Shown piece by piece: positions 38,028 through 49,896 of a stretch of DNA of 64,000 bases (positions are counted from its first letter, which is position 1; every line of letters starts with the position of its first letter). The position numbers and the translations under genes were made by a program. The notes beneath the pieces were generated by a model. It did no database searches. It saw only the letters and a list, made by a program, of their open reading frames with translations, and was not told where the DNA came from. The stretch is from Octopus vulgaris (taxonomy: Eukaryota): contig OX597832.1 in NCBI GenBank assembly GCA_951406725.2, positions 7,130,001-7,194,000 on the forward strand. Direction: 5' to 3'.

Positions 38028-38206
38028 TTCGTTACGTCAAAAGTTTACTCTTAGCAAAAGGGCTTTTTCCTTGGCATCATATAATTACTAGATTTATTGA
38101 GGTTGAAGTGAAATTTCACTGGAATAGATGGACAGAAAATACACTTCTTGTTGCTTACATTTCAAAACCAGGACATGATGAAGTTAGGCCAAGTATTTTC
38201 ATTGAA
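38028..38206 (+). CDS. Triple-MYND protein, coding exon 3
   Basis: Acceptor ttttatttcag (phase 1), open frame VRYVKSLL...RPSIFIE, donor GAA|gtgagt (phase 0). Confidence 0.78.
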
Positions 38207-38245
38207 GTGAGTATATTATTGTACATCTTAACTGTCTCTTTTCTC

Positions 38246-38620
38246 TTTATTACCTCTGCCTTAGCAAAGGCAGAGGTATTGTTTTCAGTCGTGTTTGTTT
38301 GTTTGTTTGTCTGTGCACAAGATATCTCAAGAACCAGTGGATGGATTCGGATGAAACTCTCATAGATGTTTGGCTTTGTGATTGGCAAGAACTGATTAGA
38401 TTTTGGGATCGATCTGGTACTGGACAAGGATTCTAGATTATTTTTCCTGTTTTTTTACTTAATTTTTTGAGAGTGGTTGGGTTCAATTTTAGTATTCTCA
38501 CTTGTGAGAGCAATCGAGTTTGTTTCAGATATTCTCATTTTAAAAATCATCTTTAGCTAATCATTGAAAGGATGTTGGTGTTGCCTTGGCGGAGGTTTGC
38601 ACTCACTGAGAGCTCTTGTT
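38246..38620 (+). mobile_element. Helentron-associated (HINE/DINE-1-like) element
   Basis: 5' hairpin TACCTCTGCCTT-AGCA-AAGGCAGAGGTA, a (GTTT)n tract, subterminal inverted GGCGGAGGT and 3' stem-loop GCACTCACTGAGAGC. It sits in T-rich flanks. Confidence 0.7.
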
Positions 38621-39608
38621 TATTTTTATCTTTCTTTCTCTCTTTCATGCCCCACACATGTTGTGCCAAGGGGGTGAGAATGGATGGGAATAGAAATAGT
38701 TTGGGAGGAGATTTACCTAGTACAAATATTATATATTTAGATGTAAAGCAGGTAGAAAATGAGGAAGATTCCTTGCTTTCTTGGGAGAAATGGAGGAAAG
38801 GAAAATCCTGTTATGTTGATAAAAGTGTTGTTGGTAAGGCACCAGAAGAATCAGCTACAGTTTAAGAATTGGGACAATTAACAGCCAGAATTAACAAGAC
38901 AAGTTATAAGTGGCAAAATTATATATTGAAAATAGAATACACCCAAACTCAGAAAATAAAAATTAACAAGTAACATTTCCGTGAGTGCCACAACTTAGCA
39001 AACACTGACAGTGCAAGTCTGACTTAAGCAAGTTTTTTAATTTCAGCAAGTGCCCAACTCAGCAAGCCCCATAAATATAACAAATGTCTCAAATCAGCAA
39101 GTGCTTTCTAAGTTGTGGCATTTGGGGAAATGTTACTTGTTGAGTTGTAGTGCTCCCTTGAAAATATACATTAAATGATGAGTATTTTGAATAACATCAG
39201 CCAGCCCAGGATAAGAGAATACTGTAGTTCCTTGGTCATTTCATTGATATATATGATGTGAAGAGGTACACAGTCGTTTGATGTGCTCATCTGAGATATA
39301 GAGAAGTTGGTAGGTGAGATATCTTTAAATTGTCTTAGAGCAGCTGTGAAATCTGTCTACAATAACCAAAGATGACTGTTAGTAGGAAATGAAATAAAAA
39401 TACTCTTATACAAGTGTGTCTTTAGACATTTCTTTCTTTCAGTCATTACACTGGAGCCATAATGGGTACCACCTTGAAGGCTGTAGTTGTAGAAATCAAC
39501 TTTGGTGCTTATTTTAACTCTTGTACTTATTATGTTAATGTGTGCATGCATATGTGTAGGTATGTAAGTATGTATGTATATATGTATATATATAAATACA
39601 CACATATG

Positions 39609-39640
<32 letters not shown>

Positions 39641-40356
39641 ATCAATGATATATATATTATCAATCACACATACACAGCAAATGTGTTTTGTTCATATGCC
39701 AATTTGCTGAGGTATAGCATCCAGAGATCCAGGGAAAGCTCCCTACAAGACACCAAGGGCTAAAGAACACAGAATGTCCCAGACTGGCAAGACAACTTGC
39801 TCAACACGAACGAGAATGATAGACATCAATATTTTGCTACCGTTATAGCCCTTTAGTATCATTTACTTGATTCACCTCGAAACAAACCGAAACACCCGTC
39901 TGGGGTATATATGCAAATAGTATGAAGACTATTTGCTGTTGCATTGTGGCTTAGCACATATGAAGCAAAATTAAGTTTCAAATTAAAAGCAGTTGTAATA
40001 ATGTAAACATTATCAGTCACACATACACAGTGTATGTGTCTTGCTTATACACCAATTTGCTGTGGGATAGCATCTTGGGAAGAACTGTAATGATAGTGAA
40101 ATACTGGTATCTACCATTCTCATTCACTCTGGGTGAATCGCCCCCACCTGTCAGACATTCAGTGTTCTTTAACACTTGGTTTCATGTAGGGATCTTTTCC
40201 AGGATGCTATTCCACAGCAAACTGGCATATATACAAAAGACACACACTGTGTGTGTGACCGAAAATATTTATATTATTTGAGCTACTTTTTATTCACCAT
40301 CCATCCACCCATTCATCCATCCATCCATACATACATACATACACACACACACACAT

Positions 40357-40431
<75 letters not shown>

Positions 40432-41852
40432 CTGAACCTTTCAGACGAGATGACAAAAGATTGAGAGATTTGGTGGCTGATGGTACTTAACAAAACGCTC
40501 CTCAGCAGAAATGTTAAGGCCACATCCCCTGAAGAAGAGGATTGACCTGCAAGAGTATTGTGCCAATGCCATGTAAAAAGCACTTGTAATTGGGCCACAT
40601 ACAAGCTCTCATGCCAGTGGCATGTTAAAAGCCCCCAGCACACACTGTAAAGTGTTTGGTGTTAGGGAGGGCATCCAGCCATAGAAACCAAGCCAAATCA
40701 GACTGGAACCCGGTGCAGCTCTCCAGCTCTGGTCAAACCATCCAACCATACTAGCATGGAAAACACATTAAAGGATGATGATGATAATAATGATGACAAA
40801 TCGTTACCTTTGATTTGTTGAAGCTATTGTGGGAAGTATACCACAGAGCAAGCAACATATTTGTTTACCTTTGCTATTATGAAAATTCTGTAATATTGAA
40901 TTTGTTGTTGAGTACAAGACTAAAACTTAGAGATTTTGAGATGAATTTTTAAGGTTTATTAAGAGCACTATGGCAGCCCTATATAATTGAAAACTTAAGT
41001 GAAGGTAATTGACATCAAGCATTTTGTTGTCATCCTCATCATTTAACGTCTGCTTTCCATGCTAGCATAGGTTGGACGATTTGACTGAGGACTGGCGAAC
41101 CGGATGGCTACACCAGGCTCCAATCTGATCTGGCAGAATTTCTACGGCTGGATGCCCTTCCTAACGCCAACCACTCTGAGAGTGTAGTGGGTGCTTTTAT
41201 GTGCCACCGTCATGAAGGCTAGTCTGGCGGTACTGGTAATGGCCATGCTCAAATAGTGTTTTTTATATGCCACCTGCACAGGAGTCAGGCCAGCGACACT
41301 GGCAACGACCTCGCTCAAATGTTTTGTTCATGTGCAAGTGCCAGTAAGGCAACGCTGGTAATGATCATGCTCAAATGGTGCTTTTTACGTGCCACCGGCA
41401 CGGAAGCCAGACAGCTGCTCTGGCAGTGATCCTGCTCAGATGGAGCTGTTAGCGCTCCACTGGCACGGGTGCCAGTCATCGAATTTGGTTCAATTTTGAT
41501 TTCACTTGCCCCAATAGGTCTTCGCAAGCAGAGTTTAGTGTCCAATGAAGGAAGGTTGGCATTGGTACCAGTTGTTGAATTTGGTTTGATTTCAATCTCA
41601 CTTGCCTCAACAGGTGAAATCAAAACCATACAACAGCAAAATTGTAAAAGCATAAAAATTGAAGTTTTATTCCTAAAGACTATAATAGATTTTTTCCATT
41701 TGTTTAACGATATGTATTTTGTGTTTGACTGAATTGGATGAGGTGAATGGGTGCGGGGATACAATACAGCTATTATTGGAACCTAGTTGCTATATAAATG
41801 TATTAAATCGCATTTTTAAAAAATTAAAACAATAAACTTTTCTTCATTTCAG

Positions 41853-42038
41853 GACACTGATGGTTGCATGATGATCCTAATATTTTGTCACAAAGAACCT
41901 GATCCTTTCCCATATTTTTCCTGGAGCCAACTGAAAATAGGAAACTATATTTGTATCCTGGAGCCAAAACGTTTTTATTTTCGTGGTGGACAAGTTGGTT
42001 TTATAATTGATTCTACTCAAGAAATTCGAATTCTCTAA
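41853..42038 (+). CDS. Triple-MYND protein, terminal coding exon
   Basis: Acceptor ttcttcatttcag (phase 0), frame DTDGCMMILIF...FSWSQLKIGNYICILEP..F.F.GGQVGF.I...EIRIL*, and ATTAAA at 42143. The spliced CDS totals 1404 nt in frame. Confidence 0.8.
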   Translation, partial: DTDGCMMILIFCHKEPDPFPYFSWSQLKIGNYICILEPKRFYFRGGQVGFIIDSTQEIRIL

Positions 42039-42993
42039 ATTGTAGAAAGAAACATTTTATTATGTATATTGTTTCTTTTTCTTATTCAACTGAATATTTA
42101 ACTTAATAACATATTAATTATGTCTTGTTAATTTTAAAGAAGATTAAAACAATCTAATTTGGGGAAAATAGAATGCTATTTATTCTATTGCCTTGTATTT
42201 TGAGTTGTCCTAAGTCTGTGTTTTATATTCAGGCAACTGGAAGTATATGAAGCAAAAACCATGAAAAAAGAGAACAAGCATGATATGACGGTGACAGTGA
42301 TAATATCCATCATCATTATCATGTCAAAAATCCATTGCCTTTTCATAAGGTTATATTCATCCCTCACGGAGGCAATGACATGTGACCAAGACCTTTGGAG
42401 ATATACTGTGCTTGAGAAGACCCAGCAGGCCAAATGAGACCGTAGCTGTGGCCTGTGCCAGTGTTGCATAGCCAGCCCATTTTAGAGTACCCTTCAATCA
42501 TTGGGCAATATACTGTGCTTGAGTCAAGTGAAATCATTGTCATGGCCAATGCTAGTACTACCTGACTGGCTCCCATGCTGGTGGCGTGTAAAAAGCACCA
42601 TTCGGGCATGAGTGATGCCACTCATACCAGACTGGCTCCCATGCTGGTGGTATGTAAAAAGCACCACTCAAGTGTGGTCGTTGCCAGTGCTGTCTGACTG
42701 GCTCCCATGCCGGTGGCATGTAAAAAGCACCAAACAAGCCTGATCGATGCCAGTACTGCCCGACTGGCGCCCGCGCTGGCAGCATGTAAAAAACACCTAC
42801 TATATTCTCGGAGTGGTTGGTGTTAGGAAGGGCATCCAGTTGTAAAAACCTTGCCAGATCAGATTGGAGCCTGGTGCAGTCTCCTGGCTTGCCAGTCCTC
42901 AGTTAAACCATTCAACCCATGCCAGCATGGAAAACAGACGTTAAACGATGAAGATGATGGTTATTATTATTATTATTCCTACTTAAACTATAC

Positions 42994-43143
42994 TGTGGTA
43001 GACACCATGAGAGAAACTCTCATATTGGCTTTTGGTGCAAAATGCACTCTTGTTTATATCACTAGTGGGGGAGATAGACAAGAGTTTGGTGCATTTTGCA
43101 CCAAAAGCCTATATGCGAGTTTTTCTCATGGTATCTACTGCAA
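42994..43143. mobile_element. ~150 bp hairpin MITE, TA-flanked
   Basis: GGTAGACACCATGAGAGAAACTC...GGTGCAAAATGCAC followed by its reverse complement. Confidence 0.7.
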
Positions 43144-43649
43144 TACAGATTGCTCTAACAGAAAATATACGTTTAAGTGAGGATAAATATTAGCTCTTAG
43201 TATTAACACTGCCTCTGTCACTAACATTTATTTTCATAGGTTATTTTGCAGTTTTGAGAACTAGTCACAATGCTCTACAGAGCTCTTCTTTTGTTAAAGC
43301 TATGTATACAGATATGTCATAGATTACTTAGAATATATGTGAAATTTGCACAGAATATATAACAAACAATAAATATCTCATACATCATTTGAATTGCATC
43401 TGTAACCAAAGACCATTTATTGCAGAAAAATAAAATAAAATTATAAAGCTATGAGAAACTTGTCTTTAATCATGGTTTGATTCCCAGCCTGAAGCCAAAT
43501 CCACATATTTTGATTATTTTTTCCATATAAGTAAGTATGGCAATGCATCTATAAATGGGCAATATGTTATTATTGCCATATGCATCAGAATTTGTATTTA
43601 ACAAGAGTCCCGGATTTTAAGCTGGTTCCATTCTTCAGGCACAAAATTA

Positions 43650-44058
43650 GGATCTTTTCGGTTTGAACGGCAGTTTTTAACATAATTTCTAGGTAATTAG
43701 AAAATTTTAAACTTCGTATACAGGTAGAATGTGTTTATAAAACATCTTTTTCTCTTGGCTTTATTGAGAAAATTCTATAGTTTGTAAGATATTTGTTGCT
43801 TTTTTCTTCAATTTCTGCAATTTCAACCAATCACTGACGTCCATTGAGGTAAGCAACATTCTGTGCCGTATGAATATGTCCCTCGTTTAAGAAACAGATT
43901 GGGTTTATTTACATTTGTGAAGAAAAAAAGATACCCTTCCTCCCACCCCTAACCCTAAAGTAGATTGAAATGCAATAGATCGATACTAAGGTCATAATTA
44001 TGGGTGAGATTTCATATGACACCGCTAGAAAAAACTGCCGTTCAAACCGAAAAGATCC
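43650..44058. mobile_element. Merlin-like MITE
   Basis: TIR GGATCTTTTCGGTTTGAACGGCAGTTTTT with a perfect 8-bp TSD, CAAAATTA. Confidence 0.85.
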
Positions 44059-45351
44059 CAAAATTATGTAAAGTCCATCCATAGCCACAAGAGCTGCAAT
44101 ATTTCTTTTTTTATTTTAACTCTTTTTTTTTTCATTTTCGGTAAAGTTGTTGGTGGTGGTGGTGATTAAGATTATTAATAAAAGCAAAATGTCCGCATTG
44201 AAAATTCTTAATTTTGCAAAGCTTCATTTGATTCTGTTACCATTGGAAATGAATGATCCTTTGATTCTTGTAATGAATTTTTGGATTAATACTAAAACCT
44301 TTATGTAATTTGTCGAAGTTAATTGTAGACAGTATCGTTTTCCATGCTTTTAATGAATCTAACAAGCTAAAGGGGAAGTAATTCAAGCAGAACAACTGTG
44401 ATCGTATTTTGTTGAATTACACTGCCTTTATTTCAATTAATTTGGAAGCTCACGAAGAATTAAGTATCATACTTTTGTAATTATTAAATTGGTGTCTAAG
44501 GCAATAATTAACATGGAATTTTTATAAGATGTTAATTTAAGACAGGAACTTTGTATCAGAGAACCAAGAGTGGTCTCACACTAGTTGATGAAATACTGCG
44601 AAGCATTTTGACCTCACAACAGGAATTTTGCTTTAGAAACGTGGTCTTACTCATTTGCGGACCAGAGAACGGGGAAAAGAAAAGGTATACAGTTGAATCC
44701 ATTTCTGACACCGCCTGAATCGTTCCAGGGAAAGTAACCTTTCTTTTCCCTTACTGAAATTTTTTTTATCTTACCCTTTTTTTCCCTCACCACTAAACTG
44801 ACCAAGACTCCATTGATAAAGAGGCTATGTGCTTCCAGCCAGCTGGTCTAACGACTCGACTACACTGCTGTGAAACCAATGGTAACGTTGTACCCGGTAA
44901 TATGCCATAAGCAAGGATATATTACCTGACTACATAAAATATAACTGCTCAAAATAAAGTATTTTTTCTAACCTATGGACAACTGATCGGTATGTATGTA
45001 TGCGTGCATACATGCATGCGTGTATGTGCGTGTTTTATTTATTTATTTTTACTTGTTTCAGTCATTAGACTGCGGCCATGCTGGGACACCACCTTGAAGA
45101 ACTTTTAGTCGAATGTATCGACCTCGGTACTTATTATTTTTAAAGCCTGGTACTGATTCTATAGGTCTCTTAGAGTGGTAAAGGTTTGTCTGTAAAATAT
45201 AGGAATGGGTTCTGAAATTTTTGGAAAATTGCATAATGGTTCCACACCAGAATAAGTTTGAGAACTACTGCCTAGGGTATAATTAACAGTAGTTAGGGGT
45301 GCTGTGATATTTTACATTTAAACAAAAACAATCAATAAAAAAACTTCGATA

Positions 45352-45756
45352 GGCGCAGGAGTGGCTGTGTGGTAAGTAGCTTGCTTACCAACCACATGGT
45401 TCCGGGTTCAGTCCCACTGCGTGGCACCTTGGGCAAGTGTCTTCTACTATAGCCTCGGGCCGACCAATGCCTTGTGAGGGGATTTGGTAGACGGAAACTG
45501 AAAGAAGCCCGTCGTATATATGTATATATATATGTGTGTGTGTGTGTATGTTTGTGTGTCTGTGTTTGTCCCCCTAGCATTGCTTGACAACCGATGCTGG
45601 TGTGTTTATGTCCCTGTCACTTAGCGGTTCGGCAAAAGAGACTGATAGAATAAGTACTGGGCTTACAAAGAATAAGTTCCGGGGTCGAGTTGCTCGATTA
45701 GAGGTGGTGCTCCAGCATGGCCGCAGTCAAATGACTGAAACAAGTGAAAGAGTAAA
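45352..45756 (+). mobile_element. tRNA-derived SINE (family B), full length
   Basis: A box TGGCTGTGTGG, B box GGTTCAGTCC and tail GAAACAAGTGAAAGAG. Further copies at about 46735-47130, 53590-53960 and 61405-61805. Confidence 0.88.
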
Positions 45757-45789
45757 GCTGTTGCATACCTTAAGGATAGGGATGTAGAG

Positions 45790-46260
45790 TGTTGAGGTCA
45801 AAGAAATGTTGGAAACCGCTTCTTATGGCCAAGTTTTCCAACCCCGGCCACAGCAACAAAGTCCACCCGCCACGCTTCTCGGTCCAACATCACTACCTCA
45901 AGGCCCTATTTGCGATCAAGTTGTTGATGTAAGTGTGACAATGTTTTCCTCTTTTTATCACATCACCATGAAGTGGGTTCCACAAGACCAATCTGGATGC
46001 TTCCAGAACAGAGTGGCGCACGCAGTGATCAGATGGTCGCAGCCGTCTTTGCCTTATCTTCTCGTAAACTTTCGGCAGGTTTCCATAAAGGCATTCGTTT
46101 GTCATATGTTGCCGCCATTTCACATTTAGGGGCCATTCGTAGCATCCTTGCAGAGCAGTCATCTTGCCCATTTGATAATTTCTTCGTCAATGTCCATGTT
46201 TCACTTCCATATAATAGCACTGATTTGACAATTGCAATAAACAGCTTGATTTTGATTTGA
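45790..46260 (-). mobile_element. RTE-clade LINE 3' fragment (second family)
   Basis: SVLLYGSETWTLTK and LYGNLPKV..KIRQRRLR...HCVRH...LVLW.P.HG. Confidence 0.8.
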
Positions 46261-46694
46261 AAAACACTGGTTTAGTTTAAATGAAAATAGGAGCATCTAT
46301 AACTGTTTGCAGAACTCGCAAGGCTACTAGTAGAGAAAAGGATACCATGAATCATGGCTTGTTACTAGCCACAAGTGTTGATTATTAACAAAACCTAATC
46401 AAATGCCAGTTGGTTGCAGATAAAAGCATCTCAAGATAAGTGAAATTGGTTCAGTGAAAACTCATCTGATGAACCTTTGATTCTTGTAATGAATTTTTGG
46501 ATAAACACTAAAGCCTTTATGTAATTTGAGTACAGTGGTCAATTAACCTCTATACTGGAAGCTGCCTGAATAATGATAATCTACATGGAGCTATAATTTA
46601 TACAGTAATAGTCATACATCTATCTGTACACACATGATATATATATATATATATAAATATAAGATTTGATATATATATATATATATATATATAT

Positions 46695-46735
<41 letters not shown>

Positions 46736-47624
46736 TGTGTGGCAAGTAGCTTGCTTCCCAACCACATAGTTCTGGGTTCAGTCCTACTTGCTGGCACCTT
46801 GGGCAAGTGTCTTCTACTACAGCCCCGGGCCAACCAAAGCCTTGTAAGTGGATTTGGTACATGGAAACTGAAAGAAGCCTGTAGTATATATATGTGATGT
46901 ATGTGTGTGCCTTTGTGTCTGTGTTTGTCCACACCTCCATGACCACTTGATGACTGGTGTTGGTGTGTTTATGTCCCTGAAACTTAGCAATTCAGCAAAA
47001 GAGACTGATAGAATAAGTACTCGGCTTTAAAAATATAAGTATTGGAGTTGATTTGTTTCACAAAACCCTTCAAGGTGGTGCTCCAGCATGGCCATGGTCA
47101 AATGATTGAAACAAGTAAGAGATAAAAGATATATATATATATAAATATATGTATATATCAGTCATATATATATATATATACTGGCTTCCGTGCATGTAAA
47201 AGGCACCATTCGAGTGTGATCGTTACCAGCATCGCCTTACTGGCACCTGTGCCGGTGGCATGTGTAAAAAGATTCGAGCGAGGTCATTGCCAGGAAGGGC
47301 ATAAAGCTGTAGAAACTTTGCCAGATCAAGATTGAAGCCTTGTGCAGTCATCTGGTTCACCAGCCCTCAGTCAAATTGTCCAACCCATGCTAGCAGGGAA
47401 AGCAGACGTTAAACGATGATGATGATGATGATATATACAAAGCGTAATTTATTCGCAATCCGAAGTGTTCGTAAACCGAGGTACTACTGTATTAAATGAA
47501 TATGAGAAAGACAGGAGATAAAGCACGATTTATTCGTGATAAGAGTTGTTAAAAAAACTGAGGTTCTACTGAATATATTATTCATACATGTGTGTGTGTG
47601 TGTGTGTCTGCATGAATTATTCAC

Positions 47625-47890
47625 ACTTTAGGAATGGTCACTTGTCGCTTGAAGATCAACCTCATTCAGGGCGGCTGTCAACCTCCCAAACAAATGAAAA
47701 CAATCATGAAAATTCATGACTTGATCTTGGAGGACTGTTGCCGAACAATTGGTGAACTTGATATGACTGGTATGTCCTGGAGCGCCTGCCAACGAATTTT
47801 GAATAAGGAGTTGCGCATGAAAAAAGTTGCAGCAAAATTTGTGCTTTGCTTGCTCACAGAAGATCAAAAGCAGTCAGTACTTGATTGAAA
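47625..47890 (+). pseudogene. Mariner transposase N-terminal relic
   Basis: ILEDCCRTI...CQRILNKELRMKKVAAKFVLCLLTEDQK, a WVPxxL-like region. Confidence 0.7.
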
Positions 47891-48136
47891 GGACCGTTGG
47901 AACCTGTACGTCAGAGATCAGCAACTTCCTTTTCTTTTGATTCACATTTTGATTGTTTTTATATTTACCCATGGCACATGTATACATCATATCACATCAC
48001 AACTTACATATAAAAATATGCACCCTTTCTATCGTTGCAGGTTAGTAAAAACGAAACAAAACGTGACACAAAAGGCCGTCTATAAGCCACAGATATATTA
48101 AATCTGAAAAACTTTTATAAAAGATCTTAGTACAAG

Positions 48137-48632
48137 GGAATTCTAGTTTAAGCACCCCATACAACCCTTCATAACTTAATTATTTAAAAAAAATTTTCAG
48201 AAAATTCGCAAAAATTTTCTGAAATGTAAACTCCATCCTTCCATTAATCCTATAAGTTCCACTCTTTTTCGATTTGTTTTTTCCAAATCAGAGTTTAAAA
48301 TACGGACATTGCAAATTTTTAGATTAAATCCCAGCAATCGACCACCCATGGATGCATCATCATTCCATTAAATGTGTTTAGGGGGAGAAATATATTGAAA
48401 AAAAAACAAAAACATCAATACATGTCAGAGTGACAATGAAACGAAGAAGGTACCAGGTGGTCGTGAGTTGTGCTATAAATAACAGCTATATCGCCCTTAA
48501 ATCATACACACAAAAATAATCATTTTCTTTTTTTCTTTTTTAATAGTATGAATTCGCAAAAAGAATTTCTGAAAATTTCGAAAAAGAAAATATGTTATGA
48601 GGGGTTATATGGGGTGCTTAAACCAGAATTCC
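48137..48632. mobile_element. MITE with ~39 bp TIRs
   Basis: GGAATTCTAGTTTAAGCACCCCATACAACCC on the left and GGGTTATATGGGGTGCTTAAACCAGAATTCC on the right. No clear TSD. Confidence 0.7.
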
Positions 48633-48919
48633 ACCCTTAGGTCATCAGTGATCCACTTGTTGCCTTTGTAGTCCCTCGACCTGCGGGAAATAGCAGCTAA
48701 ACTTTCCTCAAACAACGGTACATTGTTTTTGACGAAGGACACAGATAAAGCAGGCATGAGTCCTCTATTGCTGAATAAATAAAAAAAGAAATTGACAAAA
48801 TACGAGAAGGAGAGTCACGGGTGGAATGCCTTCGGCCATAAGGTTTACTCAATCTTTTTTACATTTTAATAACTAGCTGTCCGCTAATGACACTCGGTGG
48901 TTAAGAAAAAAAGAAGTAA

Positions 48920-49528
48920 TCTATTTCTTTATTACCCACAAGGGGCTAAACAGATTAAGTCGATTATATCGACCCCAGTGTGTAACTGGTACTCATTTAA
49001 TCGACCCCGAAAGGATGAAAAGCAAAGTCGACCTCGGCGAGCTGGCAGAAACGTTAGCACACCGGGCGAAATGCTTTGCGGTACTTCGTCTGCCGTTACG
49101 TTGTGAGTTCAAATTCCGCCGAGGTGACTTTGCCTTTCATCCTTTCGGGGTCGATAAATTAAGTACCAGTTACGCACTGGGGTCGATGTAATCGACATAA
49201 TACCTATGTCTGTCTTTGTTTGTCCCCTCTATGTTTAGCCCCTTGTGGGTAATAAAGAAATAGGTATTCGAACTCAGAACGTAACGACTGACGAAATACC
49301 TATTTCTTTACTACCCACAAGGGGCTAAACACAGAGGGGACAAACAAGGACAGACTAACGGATTAAGTCGATTACATCGACCCCAGTGCGCAACTGATAC
49401 TTAATTTATCGACCCCCGAAAGGATGAAAGGCAAAGTCGACCTCGGCGGAATTTGAACTCACAACGTAGCGGCAGACGAAATACCGCTAAACATTTCGCC
49501 CGGCGTGCTAACGATCTTGCCAGCTCAA
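48920..49528. mobile_element. Cluster of nested, oppositely oriented family C SINEs
   Basis: Partial (-) at 48920-49040, (+) at 49036-49265, and (-) at 49270-49528. Confidence 0.82.
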
Positions 49529-49732
49529 ACCCGACGAGTTGTGAGGGCAACGACGAAACTAACGGGCTCGATTCTCACTCCAAGCTTTCGTTTTATGAAT
49601 AAACTTTGCATAAATAAATAAATAAATAAATAAACAATAACACGTAAGCAGGAGGAACAAGTGTAACTCTTTTGTGTTTTTGTAAACGAGAATTATTTCC
49701 CCTTTGATTCAGATGCTATTTAGCTAAAAGCA

Positions 49733-49896
49733 ATGGCTTCTTTCGGCCGAATGTCTTTAGCGGTTCTGTTCATAGGGCTTTGTGTACTCACATGGAGAGA
49801 TTTAACATCCACTCAGTCGGAACCAACTTCACAGAAAGATATCAAGTCATTGAAACTGAGTAAATTCGCTGGTCCCACCCTCAAGTTTATGTTTTG
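49733..49896 (+). CDS. SELENOT: Selenoprotein T homolog, first coding exon
   Basis: MASFGRMSLAVLFIGLCVLTWRDL...KLSKFAGPTLKFMF-TG|gtaagt. A hydrophobic signal-like N-terminus precedes GPxLKFxxC, the motif immediately before the CxSU redox site of SelT. There is a consensus donor in phase 2 inside the Cys codon. Confidence 0.85.

Noticed and set aside
43945-43960. TTAGGG/CCCTAA telomere-like hexamers (also about 10741 and 50646)
   Set aside because: There are only about 2 units, embedded in repeats; this is not an interstitial telomere array.
45352-45430. tRNA genes at SINE heads
   Set aside because: A/B boxes are present, but there is no full cloverleaf and they continue into SINE bodies.
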